The position numbers and the translations under genes were made by a program. A model generated the notes under the pieces. The model was not told the DNA's origin. It saw only the letters and a program-made list of their open reading frames with translations, and made no database searches. From the NCBI GenBank assembly GCA_965649825.1, contig OZ287696.1, positions 973,101 through 1,037,100 of the forward strand: 64,000 nt of DNA, written 5' to 3'. This DNA is from Penicillus capitatus (Eukaryota; Plantae; Chlorophyta). Shown piece after piece: positions 45,940 to 59,209 of the stretch. How positions within the stretch are numbered: position 1 is the first letter of the stretch; the number at the start of each line of letters is the position of its first letter.

Positions 45940-48193
45940 ATGTCTACCGCTACCGGCTCAACGACTTCCAATGTCGCAAGTTTGCTCCTGGAACGCGAGA
46001 CGGGAAATGCCTTTCCCAGAAGCGGTGCCAAGTCCTGGACGATGCGTGAACGTGAGAAGGGACTTCAGGAGTGGGTGACGAACGAAGCTTCACGTCACTG
46101 GCACAGCGAAAGCTGCACACTCAACAACACTCCACGTTCGACCATCGCTGCAACGATTAACAGAGACGGCTCTCTCATCGCCTCGACTCAGTGAGTGTCA
46201 CCCTCTTGGAAGCCATCACGGTGTTGACGACGCGGTTCTCTGTGCTGTTTGTTCGTTCGTGCAGTGGAGACCATACGGTGAAGCTTATCGACTTTGCGAC
46301 GGGTACTTACGTAAAGGATCTTTCAGGACATCGACGCACTCCTTGGACGGTAGGCATCGCATCACCTGTGTTACGGATGAAAGCGATGGCCTGCGTCATG
46401 GCTACAGGTCAAATTCCATCCTTTGCATCCAAACCTCCTTGTGAGCGGGTCGCTCGATTATGAGATCAAGTTATGGGATACGGATCATGGTGTCTGTCTA
46501 CAGACCAAAGATTTCGGTGCGTTACGAAGTTTACGAGAAATGTACTGTGATGTGACGTTTCTATTGGATACAGGACGTCAGATTTCGTCGGTGTCGTTTC
46601 ACCCCACTGGCAATGCTCTCGCAATTGCTGCAGGACACAAAGTAGCCTTTCTGCACAGCATCTGCGCGTCAGGAGATGAGATGGTGTGTTCAGTTGCATC
46701 TGTGGGAATTTGATGAGAACGAAGGGAGATTTGGAAAATCGAGCTGCATCTTCCGCACAACACGTACGATCCGTACGGTGCATTTCAGCCCCGGCAGAGG
46801 AAACATGATTATGGTATCCGAGCGCGTGGAGCCTCCGTCTGTGCAAGCCGAGATTCCACGACCCGGGACTCGATCGGCAGATTACGTCCCTGTGATGCAA
46901 CATCCACCTCATGTGCCATGGAACGACTTTCCACAGGATCCATGGGTGAGAGGAGCACAGGGTACGCCGCCAGCAACACATACAGGGAACGGTATGATGT
47001 TCTCTGTCCGTGACAATGCCTCTTTTGCTGCCAATTCCGCTGAACCACCACCACCAACGCCGCCGCTGCCCCATTCTGCAAACATGGCCCCGAGTTATCT
47101 TCCATTTGTCAGTACTTCGGCCGCCGCCGCCGCCGCTGCAGCTGCTGGAACAGAATCGCGAACCAGCAATGCGATTCTGAGACAGATTGGACAGTTTCCT
47201 CCACCGATGTTACCGTTCCCTTCGCTGGAGATGCTGCCGTCTGTCCAACGTCCGGGTCCTTCCGAAGACACCCTGCATCAGTTTCCAGATCCGCAGCGAT
47301 TGCCGCCAGTACAGAATCCGCTCTTTCCATCTGGATCCTTCTCTGGCAGAGTACGTAGTGGCAATCCACGACCATTGCACATTACCCATCCACAGACGCT
47401 TCCTATTCTATCGCTGATGCCAGCGAATAATGGGAATGTGGAGATAACGCGGACGGGACAGCCGAGTGAATTGCCACGTCCGCCGCCACGATTGTGGAAT
47501 CAGCATCCGAATACAATGATGCCTGTCCCTCCTGTCCATGGCAGCAATGATCAGCCACATGTCACGAAACTGTTGCTGCACAAATTTGATATCGATAAGC
47601 CGCATGTGGCTCTTACTCAAGAACTCATGAAGATTGACAACGCTGTCATCTGTAGTGAGATGGGCACACATATCTCGCCCTGTGGACGTATGATGGTGGT
47701 ATGTGTTGCTTCTCCGAGCCTTGATAAGCGTACGACTGGACTTCTTGCATTTCTTTATGAATTGCGCGTGATTTCACTGGAAAAACAGAACTTTGGCGAG
47801 ATCCTGCGCTCCCGTCAGATCAGCGCAGGTCATTGCCTGACTTCGGTTCAGTTCTCTCCCGGATCCGATATGATTCTTCTGTCATACGGAAAAAAGCACG
47901 CCTCTTTACTGAGAAGCGTCGAAATGAATGGTGCAACCGTCGCTCAAATTCACACCTTGCTGGAGCTGTACTCCGCCAGAACGCTGGCATTGGTGAGAGT
48001 GATGCATAGTGTTGAAGACGAGGCGAACACCGCATCTTTTCATCCCTATGCTGGTGAAGGGATCGTCTATGGCACGAAGAATGGCAAGCTCAAAATTCTG
48101 AGACACAAACGAACGCATACATGTGGTGACGGGGCAGAGATCAAAGACTATGAAAATGAGCTGTTGGAAGTGCTAGAAGATGAGATGAACTGA
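45940..48193 (+). CDS. AMBRA1: AMBRA1-like WD40 protein (split WD40 with low-complexity insert)
   Basis: RSTIAA..NRDGSLIASTHGDHTVKLID, GHRRTPWTVKFHP, SGSLDYEIKLWD, CSEMGTHISPCGR and YGTKNGKLKIL. Confidence 0.8.
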
Positions 48194-48508
48194 TTTCGGC
48201 ATAAGAGACCACCCATACAGAGCGGTGTTTCGCCTTGTCTGACTTCATTTCATCAGCAATTTCATGCCTGTTGGTTTTGAGCGGCTCTTTTTCATGGCAA
48301 AGTCAAGGCTACGCTTCAAAAAGCAACCCTGATGATGACGACGACCCGTTGTCGATGTATATCTATCTGAGGCATTCTAAAGCAAGGTAATGGCTAGATT
48401 GTCCATTCTTGTATTTGCTTCCATAGCGATTGTTATTCCAATATCAATTTTCGTAGAAAATTTTGACTGGATTCGAGTGAAGTACTCTTGTCAATGCGAG
48501 GAATGACA

Positions 48509-51210
48509 TCACAAGGGTTGTAGCGTGGTTCTTTCGACAGTGATCGTTAAGAAACCACTTCTGATGACAGCTTTGTTCTTGGATGTGAACTTAATCAAAG
48601 TCGCTTCCTTGCCAATGTCCGGAACAAAAACAGAATCGCCGATTGATGGGACCCAGTCAGCTGGAATCGTTCCAGTGCTCTTCTTCTCAATCGCTGCTGC
48701 GCCATCACTCTCTTGTCGATCACGATCAGGGCAGGCATCATCGCTCGATGCGCGCTGTATCGATTTCCTCGCAGCTTCTTGACTGCTCTTATGTTTGAGA
48801 AGCTGCAGAGAAGCTAAGCCTCGATCGTGGGCATGTCGATAATCGTCTGCCTCTTGTGCTGCGATTTGGTAATCCATTGTCGCCATCCGCCTCTCTGCCT
48901 CGTGCTTCTTTTGCTTGACATCTTCCATCTTCTTCTCTAGCGCTTCGATTTCATCGGCAATGCGTTCCAATCCTTCTTGCTCACCCTAGACGTGCGGATG
49001 TGTGTGCAACGACGGTTAAGATGCATACGTGCCTGTATTCTGGAGATGAGCATGTTCTCCGAAAGGTGCTGTCGGCCGAGAAGCTGCCTAGCAGCTCCGA
49101 TGATTCTCAGATCCATTCCCAGCCGCGAGGCAATGTTCAATGCATTGCTCTGACCAGGAATGCCCATGATCAGCCGATAGGTCGGCGCCAAGGCTTCGTC
49201 ATCGAACTCCATCGATGCATTCTCGAAAGGAGAATACGCTGTCCCATCCTCTCTTTCAAACTGCTGTTCATAGGCCAAGCTTTTCAGCAGGCCATGATGC
49301 GTCGTCACAACCGTCGTGAGTCCTGCTCCTTCGCCCGGTCGAACCAAAGCCTTCAACAAAGCGGCCCCTGTAAGGCATCCATGATATCAATCAGAGCATG
49401 CATTTGCGCACCTAAGGCGGCGCCCTCTTTCGGATCAGTGCCTGTGCCCAACTCATCCAACAGAATAAGACACTTGCCATCCGCAACCGATCGAAGATTC
49501 TGTATCCGATGCAAGTGGCCACTGAAGGTTGACAGACTGGCCGTTAAACTTTGCTCGTCTCCGATGTCTGCGAGGATTGAGCTGTAGAAGGGGATCCAGA
49601 CGGGTTGCTTTGCCGGGACGCCCAGACCTGCTTTGGCCATGAGGGCACAAAGCCCCAAGCTCTTGAGCAACGTCGTCTTGCCTCCCAGGTTCGACCCAGT
49701 GATCACCAATGCCTTTGTCTGGGGCGTTAAGATCACATCGTTCGGAATGGGAGGGGCCAAAACGGAGGCGTCTTTTAATCTCTGACGAGCGTTCATCTCC
49801 TCGCGGATCAGAGACTGTCCCATCAATAAAGGATGTCTCAGATTGATCAGCGAGACCAAGAGCTTTGTCTTCTCAGCCTTGGATGCTCCATCTGCTTCCT
49901 CATCTCCTGCGAAGGAGAACTGTGGAAAGGCTCCATCGATCCATGCCGTATATCGGTATCTTGCACAAGCTGTGTCCAGATCGACGACCAACTGTCACAT
50001 CATCGACAGATCAGCACTGGATCCGGAGGAATAGCATGGTGCATCTCTTCCTCACCTGAAGCAGATGTGAGAAATGATTGACTTGGTCGACGACCTGAGA
50101 AGTCAAATTCCAAAGAACCGTTTCTTCGGCGTTCTTCATTTCAGCGTAGGCCACGGCGAGATTGTTGTTCAGTGTTAAAGCTGAACGTGGCTCACAGTAC
50201 ACCTTCCCACTGGCACCGGCATCCAATACCAACACGCCACCAGGGACGTCTCCACCTTTGGGTATGGCCACACACAGTCTACCCTCGTACAGACAAGGAT
50301 GGTGCCGGATGGAATGCGAAGAGACACGTGCCTTCCGGAACGTTCCGCGATCTCTCCGGGAAATGACTGAAGCAACTGTTCCAGTCTCTTCCAGATCTGC
50401 TTGTAACGTCCACGTGCGCTCATCAGATCCCGAGAAGCGGAATCTGTCAATGAGCCGTCTTCTTCTATCGCAGAGGCAATCAGATCAACAAACGTCATAT
50501 CAATTTCTGTCTCCGACCAAGGACGCACGACGATGTCGGCCATCTGTCTCAGTTCACGATAGAGATCTCTCTTGCGAAATGGACGCGTGATTGCACTTCT
50601 CAGCATCTAGAAAGAGTGAGAAATGAAATCTCACACTATGAGAGCATCCACAACCTGAGAGACAGAGAGAAGCGTCGCGAGTGCTTTCAGTTGTAAGCCC
50701 GAGAGCATGCCTCCTCGGCTGCATCGATTCAGAGCCCGCATCACAGCGTCTGTCGAGAGCGAGCCGAAATCGAGTTCCACTTTCAGCTGCGCGATCAACA
50801 CTCCGATGGCTGACGTCTCTGCTTGGAGAATTAGAGCTTCCTCGCAGCTTCGCCCTTTCTTTAGACGTCGACATCCTTTCTTCCCTGCCGTCGTCGTGGC
50901 AAATCGACTCACATGTGTGCACAGTTCATCCCACTCCAATAGACGCTCCGTGCACCTAACAAAGCACCTCCATATCATTTAGCCTTTCTACCTGACCCTA
51001 CGATTCGGGGTCTTCCGCCTTGGCACGTGTCGTAAGAGCGGTCAATGCGTGAGAGACGCGCGCCCATCCCAGGGGTCGTTGAGTGATCTCCCGCTGTTTC
51101 TGCCTGTATGGACTGTGACGCCATCCATCGACAAGACGACGGGTCGTTCGCAAATGTCGTCCACGCGCGTAAGGCAATGGCGCAAGATCAAGCGAAAGGG
51201 TTGTCCGCAT
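48509..51210 (-). CDS. MUTS2: MutS2-family ATPase, plastid-type, ending after a KOW-like domain
   Basis: LEWDELC, HPLL, ITGSNLGGKTTLLK, ADIGDEQSLTASLSTFSGH, LLDELGTGTDPKEGAAL, TTHH and GIPGQSNAL.IA.RLG. Confidence 0.92.
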
Positions 51211-51313
51211 GGTAATGTACGACAAAGATAGAAAGGTTGGCGACAAAATACTGTTCCCTCAGTCAAAGCGTTTAAAATAGCGACGTTAAACGAGACCTCG
51301 CGCAACTGGGTCT

Positions 51314-51730
51314 CTATTTTCTCTTCTGCAGAAGGGCTGGATGCAGATTGGGCAGAACCCCACCGCTACGGATCGTCACATGACTCAACAACCTCGCGAG
51401 CTCTTCATCCTTGCGCACTGCCAACTGAATGTGGCGTGGCGTAATTCTGCACAGCAGACGGGTCGCTCAGCCTCCTTCCTTTACGAAGGGCACACAAACG
51501 CACTTCTTTCGACTGTTGTCCTTTGCTGCCTTGCCACTGAGTTCGAGTATCTCGGCACAGAGGTACTCGAGCACAGCTGCCAGAAAAATCGGTGCTGAAA
51601 GAGCGAGACGTTGCGAATAGCGTCCTTGTTTGAGGTAGCGCCCAATGCGCCCGACAGGAAAGTGAAGACCGGCTCGCGCCGATTTCGTTTGGCGGCCTGG
51701 TGGCCTAAGAGATTTTCCACGCCCACTCAT
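51314..51730 (-). CDS. H2A: Divergent intron-containing histone H2A variant
   Basis: [50 protein letters not shown] and [12 protein letters not shown]. Confidence 0.93.
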
Positions 51731-51989
51731 AAAACTTTTGTTGCCACGATCAACGTCCGTCGGAATGACGACAAAATGAAACGATTCGCCACAGCGCATC
51801 ACATTTAACGACCATTTCCGCCATTTCGCTCAACGCGGCAGAGAAAAAACAGTGAGTGGGTTATCGGGGCCTGTTGTTACACTGGAGGGAACGAAGGGCA
51901 GTCCTGTCAGTATATTGACAAAGGAAAATTTGCTTAATGTTCTCTAATGGATGGATGGATGGATGTGTGAGACTCGATCGCTTGTGCGC

Positions 51990-54900
51990 CTACAATTTGG
52001 AAAGCACAATGAGGAAGGCAAGGGCACTGAACACAGATCCAAAAAAGATGAGACTGCGAGCAGTGAGTCCCAATTTGTGCTTATTCTCGTTTTCTTCATC
52101 AGCTCCTGTCTCATTCGTTTCTCCATTGAGTCCCACCAATTCTCTGTTAACTTCGATGCTCTGCATAAAGGCATCGATCTGTTTTCGCGTGCTGTTGTTT
52201 GCAAGTCTATTGAGACGGCTGTGCGTTCGAGAGAGAAAAAGAATGATTTCTGAAATGAGTGAATCGTCCTGATTCTGAACTTGGTCGATGGTCTTCAGTG
52301 CGTCACCGAGGATATCTGTTGCCTTGGTGAGGTCTCTCTTTCGAGCAGATTCCATCGACTGATCCACTGCTTTGATAGCAATGGGCTTGATCTTCCTGCG
52401 TTCTTTGATGACATTTTTGGGCGCCCGCTTTACGCGAAGCATGGAGACTGGTGTCTTGAACCATCGACGTTTCTGAGTGTGGAAGAAGGAGAAGGAGTAC
52501 TCGAAGAGATCGGCATCGCCCTTCCATTCATCCAGCGACAACTTCAGCTTCACGGAGTGACTGGATCCAGGTTTCATATCGGGAAGAGCTGCTGTCCATG
52601 TAGGAAAGCTCTCGATGCGCCAGCCATTGGATTTGATATCGATCGACGTATTCATCCAGGACGACGGCGAGATGTGCAGTCGCACACCCTGAAGCACGAT
52701 ACCCTTGAGCCCCTTGACCACGTCTTCTACCGCACTGTCCATTTCCTCTAGGGAGTTGATGAGATACTTGGCCCCACTCGTCAAACTCGAGATCGGATCT
52801 GTCTTGCTGGCTTCTGTCGGACCGACGATGAATGTCATGACCTTGACAGGTGCAATGGGATGTGTAATGTATGGAGCCAACAGTTCATCGTAGCGCGGAT
52901 CTTTCACCATGCAGACCGAGAAAGCAGCAGAGAAGAGCAGGATAAGACGATCGGATCCGTTCGTCACCTCTTCCATCTGTTCCAATCCAGCACGGAGACT
53001 GGAGTAAAGATCTGCTGGTTGGCCTGAACTGGCAATGCTCTCTAGGAAAGGCTGCACATCTTGCACGGTCGATGCATCGACTTCGATGGCAGGGAGTGTC
53101 TTTGTATCGCCGTCTCTGCTGACCACCGTGATCAGTGTGACGGTGTATCCGTCGTCCAAGACAAGCTTCTTTATGATCTCCGTCGTCGTCATGGCCTGTG
53201 TTAGAAGGATAGGCACTTCACGTTCGATGAGTGTCGTGTAATCGACAGCATCCAATACAGCGACAATTGTCAGATGGTGTGGTTTCGCTGGCCTGTAAGG
53301 AGAGCGAGCAGTGATGGTGAGCTCAGGATGGTAATGCACTTCCTCTTCAAGAACGGACTGCGGTTTGTGCTTAATGGACGCCAATTGTCCATGATCCGAG
53401 ATGTGTTCTTCGTCAGGCTCCAATGTACCGATGGTCTCGGCCACGAGTTGAGCCGCAGAGAATTGTTTTCTGTCCTCCACGAGATTCGTCAGATAGTGTT
53501 CGATTTTGGCATGTTTGGATATGATTTCTTTGATCGGCGACTGCTGGGCAACACTCGAGTACTCAGATAGAATTCTGAACTTCGTCGTTTCGACCAAGGC
53601 ATCGCCAACTGCATTCTTGCCTAGATGCAGCATGCTGGCGTGGACGGACTCTTCCATCATGTCCAGCAAGAAATCGATCTCCTTGACGACCTTCTCCTTT
53701 GTGCGGGTGGTTGAAACGGTGGAGCTGAACTTCTTGCTCTTTCCTGCACGGAGACTGTAATAATGCCCCGAAACTTTCATGAAATCTGTCACATCAATCA
53801 TCTGCGCTTTCGCCGACTCCAAGGCCGCTGATCCAAGAGACAGCACAAAACGAATATCCAGATGGTCTCCATACTTAAGAGATGGCATACTGACACCTGA
53901 GCCCGTGAAGTGGGCTTCTCCATGAACACTACTGATTTCTTTGAGGGTCGCTCCGCCCAGAAGCGTCGCATTGATATCAATCTTCTTACAGAAAGTCGTA
54001 TCGATCCAGAGAACGGCTTTGCGAGCAGCATCGCCAATATCACTGTCCCTTTTCTCTTTCGTCTCGCCCTCCACGCTGTCCAGCTGCGCATGGTGTCCAC
54101 CACTGAGCTGACTAACACTTGAGATCACTTTCTTCGAAGCTTCATCGAGGCCTGAACTGAAAGTGAAGATTGTCAACGGCGATGCGCCATCCTTCAGTTG
54201 CGTTTGTGCTGTCTCTTCTAAGGCGACAGTATCCTCTCCTTCCTGGAGTGTGCTCGTCACCACCCAGAACAGAACAGAAACGGTGACGTTCGGTGTTTGA
54301 CTCTCTGTGATGCCATCTTCCAGAACAAGGCTATAGTCTGCAGTACCTGATGCTTCCGTTTCTTCAATTGCTTTCATAACATCTGGAATCTGTTCTTTGT
54401 CAAAATCTTCACTGCTATAGATTGGCGTCAATTTCTCACTCCAGATATAGATACTGACACTGCGAGTACCTCTTCTGCTAGCAACGAGTGAGAGCAGTGC
54501 TTTTGCAATTTTCTGAGTAATCTCGGCGTCGGCAGTTGCTGAAGCGTCAAGGATGATCGTCACGTGGGCATCGATCAAATGTCCTGTGGGTTTCGGACTG
54601 CCGAGTGTCATCTTGACCGTCACATACGTATCGGATGCGTTGACGATGGGCGGTTGATCGAAATCCACCTCAAGCACTTCTTCAGGAACAACTGGCCTCT
54701 CTAGCAGTTCCTCTTCCTTCTCAGCTACAAACAGACACAGATGCACCTGTCAGTCACAGACACATCACTCTTTCCAACACGATCTCACTTTTTCTCTGCG
54801 ACATGACAGGTTTCTCTGTTGCTGCAAAGAAAAGAGAAGTCCGTTAGTTTTGTGGGGCAAGAGAAGCGTCGCTCACTTTTGACGGCCGTCGGGGCAACGT

Positions 54901-57900
54901 AGGCAGGGACATCCAATTTCTTACGGACCTGACGGATATGTTTGACCACACGGTGTTTCGTTTCTTCGCCGATGTAGAGAGAGTAGATCATACGCACGAG
55001 GTCTTCCATATCTTGGACGACTTCATGGATCACCACATCTTCTTTCTCGATGCGAATGATGACGGAAATGTTGAAGGCCAGTTTGGAAAGAGCGTCGTCC
55101 AGTTTGTCATCGCGGATCAACTTTTCGATGTCCTTCAGCGTGTCATCTGTCGAGTTGCGTACATCGATCCTCTGCTGCAGCATCTCGGGCTCGACTCTGC
55201 TGACCACGAAGGGCACGAGTTGTTTGTCCCACGTGAAGAAGGACCGCATGTCATAGTACTTAAAGGATGCGCTGAAGACGATTTGGGCGTACATATGTTC
55301 ATCCATCTCGAAGACCATATCAAGGACCAGTCCTTCGCCGTAATGCACATCGGGAAGATCGTATTGACCCTTTGGATTTGGAGCTTGGCCGGCGACGCTT
55401 GTCAAGGACACGTGGTCACTTTCCTGGACTTCGATCTGGACTCTCTTGGCGGCTGTGTAGAAACAGGCGCGTTCGATGCGACGTGCACCGTCTGTCCAGT
55501 CCTTCTGTTCGGGTACCGTCGAGAGACGGGATTTCACCCAAGGCTGGTAGCGATCAAAATACGCTGCCGGAGATTCCTTGTCCATGAGAAGAGGGACAAA
55601 TGTCAATGGATAGTCCAGACGACGCATCTGGTCGTCAAACAGCTTGGCATCTTCCTCAGCTGTCTCGATCTTCAATGATTTTCCCACCAGGCAGATCATG
55701 GCCAGATCGTGTTGCTCTGAAATATCTTCCAGAATGGCGAAGCCTTCGATCACGGCAGCGATGAAACTTCCTTCGCCGCCCGGCGTAATCGCGTCAAAGA
55801 TGCTTTCGATCTGTTCGGCTGTCACATCAGAAAAGAGTGATTTCTCGAGAGTGACGGTGACCTCCACTCCATAGACAACGATGGAAATGTAGGCACTCTT
55901 GAATACGTCTGATTTCTCATAGCGTTTCCATGTATGCACCACAATGGTCTTCATTGTTGTTAACTGCTCAGCTGTCACTGTCTCAGATCCATCCACAATG
56001 AAGACAACAGAGGTCGGCGTTGCGGCGGCTGGCAATGGAATGGGTTCCAGTGCAAGACTGACGTTAAACGTCTGAGGGGCAGATGAGATTTCTTGTGGAG
56101 CTTTGCGGTAACTCGCCGTAAAGACATCGTCTACCGGACGCGTCGGAATCTTCTCGATCGTGTCGACGAACTCTTTTCGGCTTTGCTCTCTCGAATCCGT
56201 ATCGTAATACTTCTCGATGCGGAACACGCGTCCCCTTGTTCCCTTGGATCTTTGAGTGACGAGCAAATCTCTCAAGCTCTCGAGCTTCAGACATGCGTCT
56301 CTGAGCGAGGTGTCTCCTGCCTGGACGTCCTCCAGCGCGGTACGCACAGAAATCAAATCCGAAAGCAGGTCTGCTTTGAAATCGCCCTTCTTATACGTGG
56401 ACTGAGCGACAACATCGATCGCCTTCGACACGATATCGATGACGGCCGCCACACTTTTTTCACTCATACATTGCTTCGATGCCTTGCGGAACATCTCGGC
56501 GACTTCTTTCTCCAGCATGCGCTTCGTGGTCGTTGCGGAGGTCTTCTTGCTGACGACGTGGTAATCGGTCAGACGATGTGTCTCGCATGTAATGGCATCG
56601 AAGTAAGAAACATCCACATTGAGAAGTTTGCTGAGCTCTATGTCTTTCGGCGCCTTTAGTGTCAAGAGGACTTCTCGACTCTCGTCTTTGAACATATCTA
56701 CAAACGAGACAGCGGCGTAATGGCCTGAGAGTGCGTCTGCCATAGGAAAGACGTTTTGGATCGTGATGTTCTTGATTGCCGTATCGATCTCGATCTTCAC
56801 CTTCTTCGCCGCCACACTTAACAGACCACCAGCTGCGTCGCCAAAACTCGATGCAATGTCGGATTCGTCACGGAGGATGTAGAGTTGTCCTTTGCCAGCT
56901 TCGGCGATCTCTTTCAGCAGTTTATCATCGAAATCGCCCAGACCAAAGGTGTAGACGGAGACAGGGTACTCGGATGCGGACAGCATCTGTTTAAGCTCCT
57001 TTACGATGGTGTCGCGGCCGGAGCTCGGAACGCCATCGGTCAGCAGGAAAACGACTTGCGTTCCTCCGCATTTGGGATGGGCGATCTGCTCCTCGATGCC
57101 TTTCTGAAGACCCGACCAAAGCTGCGTTCCGCCGTCTGCAACCACGTTATCCAACTGCTTTTTCAGATCAGCGACGTCGATGTCGGACGCTTTCTTTAAC
57201 TTCTGAAGCGTCACGACATCATTCGAAAAAAGAATCACACCGAGGGAGATCTTGGAATTTTTCTGAGCTAAGAGCCAGTCAATCATGTGCTTCTGTGTCT
57301 GGATCATAAGATCAAAAGGATCGCCGTACATCGAACCGGACTTGTCCAACACGGACGTCACATAGAGTGGCGGCTGCTCTTGTTTGAGATTCGGAGCATG
57401 AATTTTGAGCAGCACTTCGATTTCGTTATAGTCGTCATGTTCAACAATGTCACTCACGGCATAGGTAAATTTCATTTGGAATTTTGATTTGACTTCGCTA
57501 GGCAACACCCTCTGCTTCGCCTCCTTCTGTGTCTTGAGCTGCGACATGGTCGTCGTGGCTTCAACGGTTTCGTACTTGGCGTCTGTCAAACCCGTTCTCT
57601 GTTTCTTAACGGCGTCAATAACGCCATCCAATGTGGCTCTTCCCTCGACTGTCACCTCTGGCGAATTCTCGAGCTGTTTCCGCACCGTTTCCATGTCTTT
57701 CCGCACCGATTCGAGATAAGGAACCTTGGTGTAGCCGCCTTTAACAACGTAGAGTTCTGTGTCTTCGATCTTCTGAACACATGTCGGCAGATCGTCCTGT
57801 GCGAGACTCGTTGCCGCGACTTCGAGCCGATCGGCAACATCATAACGAACAGCTTGCACGGCGACCGGTGTGAGCTCTGTACGCACTGTCGGTACCGTTC

Positions 57901-58988
57901 CGTTTCGCTGGACGACGTCGGTGTTCACATTTCGAGTGACCTCTTCGAAACTGGATGCATCGACAAACGATTCCTGGATCTCGAGGGCATCGCCTTCTTC
58001 GCATGTGTTGCTCAATCGCATTTCGATGACGATATCGCGATGCTCTTGCATAAACAAGTCACCCAGATATAACACCGTACCGTCATCTGTCTCGTCCACT
58101 TTACCTCCACTGCGGACGGCCGTCACTTTTGCATTGCCTGTCGGTTTTATCCAGTAATGCATGTTGAATGCCACCGAGGTCAGCAGCCCTACACCCAAGT
58201 CACTTCACATCTGCGCAGGCCGCGGCCGTCGTCTTACCGCCGAGCGCGGAACCGAATGCCTTAGGAACGTCGACTTCATCGGAGAGAATATACAAGACGC
58301 CTTTGCCGACGTCGGCGATTTCGTTGAGCAAATCGAAATCGAGGTCTTCGCCAAATCCGAAGGTGTAAATCGCAACGGTCTCTTTTGCCGCGGCTACCAT
58401 CCGCTGAACCGCGGCCGTAATGTGATTCGAGTCTCTCTCGCCGCGCGTCGGTCTGCCATCGGTGAAAACGAACACGACGCGAACATAGTTCCCCTGTTCA
58501 TCCGACGTCTGCTGTTGGATGCCGGCCTGGATGCCAGCCAATAGGTTCGTTAGACCTTCTGCTGTCGTCGCATTGATTTCTTTCTGAATCTCCGTCTTCG
58601 TTTCGTCCGTCAATTCTTGAAGCGGCGTCAATTCCTGAGCTTTGGTGCTGAAGATAACGGAACCGAATTTGTGTCCGACCGTTTCGCGCGAGAGTCGCTC
58701 AACGAGATAGTTATTCGTCGCCTGAAGCAGCTGGAGCTTCGACTCAACCATAGAACCGGACACATCCATGACGGACGTCAGCGACAGCACGGGACGCGCG
58801 TCGCGATTTCCGGCGGCAGCGATGCGGAGAACCGCCGTCGCCTTTTGGGCCTCACAGCTGTAGTCCGTATACTCATACTCAAGCGATGTTTTAATAGGGG
58901 GTTCGTCATTCGCTGCCAAACTGGCTGTCCATAAAAGAAGGCAGGCGATGTTCAGCAAAAGTAAGCAGGGCAGAAACGCAAAAGACAT
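51990..58988 (-). CDS. ~2276-aa type I membrane protein with five tandem VWA modules
   Basis: Signal peptide MSFAFLPCLLLLNIACLLLWTASLA. Three introns (49, 55 and 64 bp) join the three large ORFs in frame. VWA beta1 motifs MDVSGSM, LDKSGSM, VDGSETV, LDASATA and LDAVDYT. C-terminal hydrophobic segment. Confidence 0.8.
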
Positions 58989-59209
58989 GATGAAGAATGC
59001 TGAGACCGGTGTAATCTGACCCGATTTTATATCCACTTAATGTCGCCATTATACATGGCTGCGTGCATTTTCGGCCGTTCTGTCTGTCGCGCCTGTTGGC
59101 TCATCCGCGACTTTTTTATGTTTCGAATCTCGACCGTATCTCTTTTGCCTTCATTGAGTAGTGACGTCCCTCTCGCGTCTCGCTCCCCATCTCTGTTCGC
59201 GCTTCGAAC

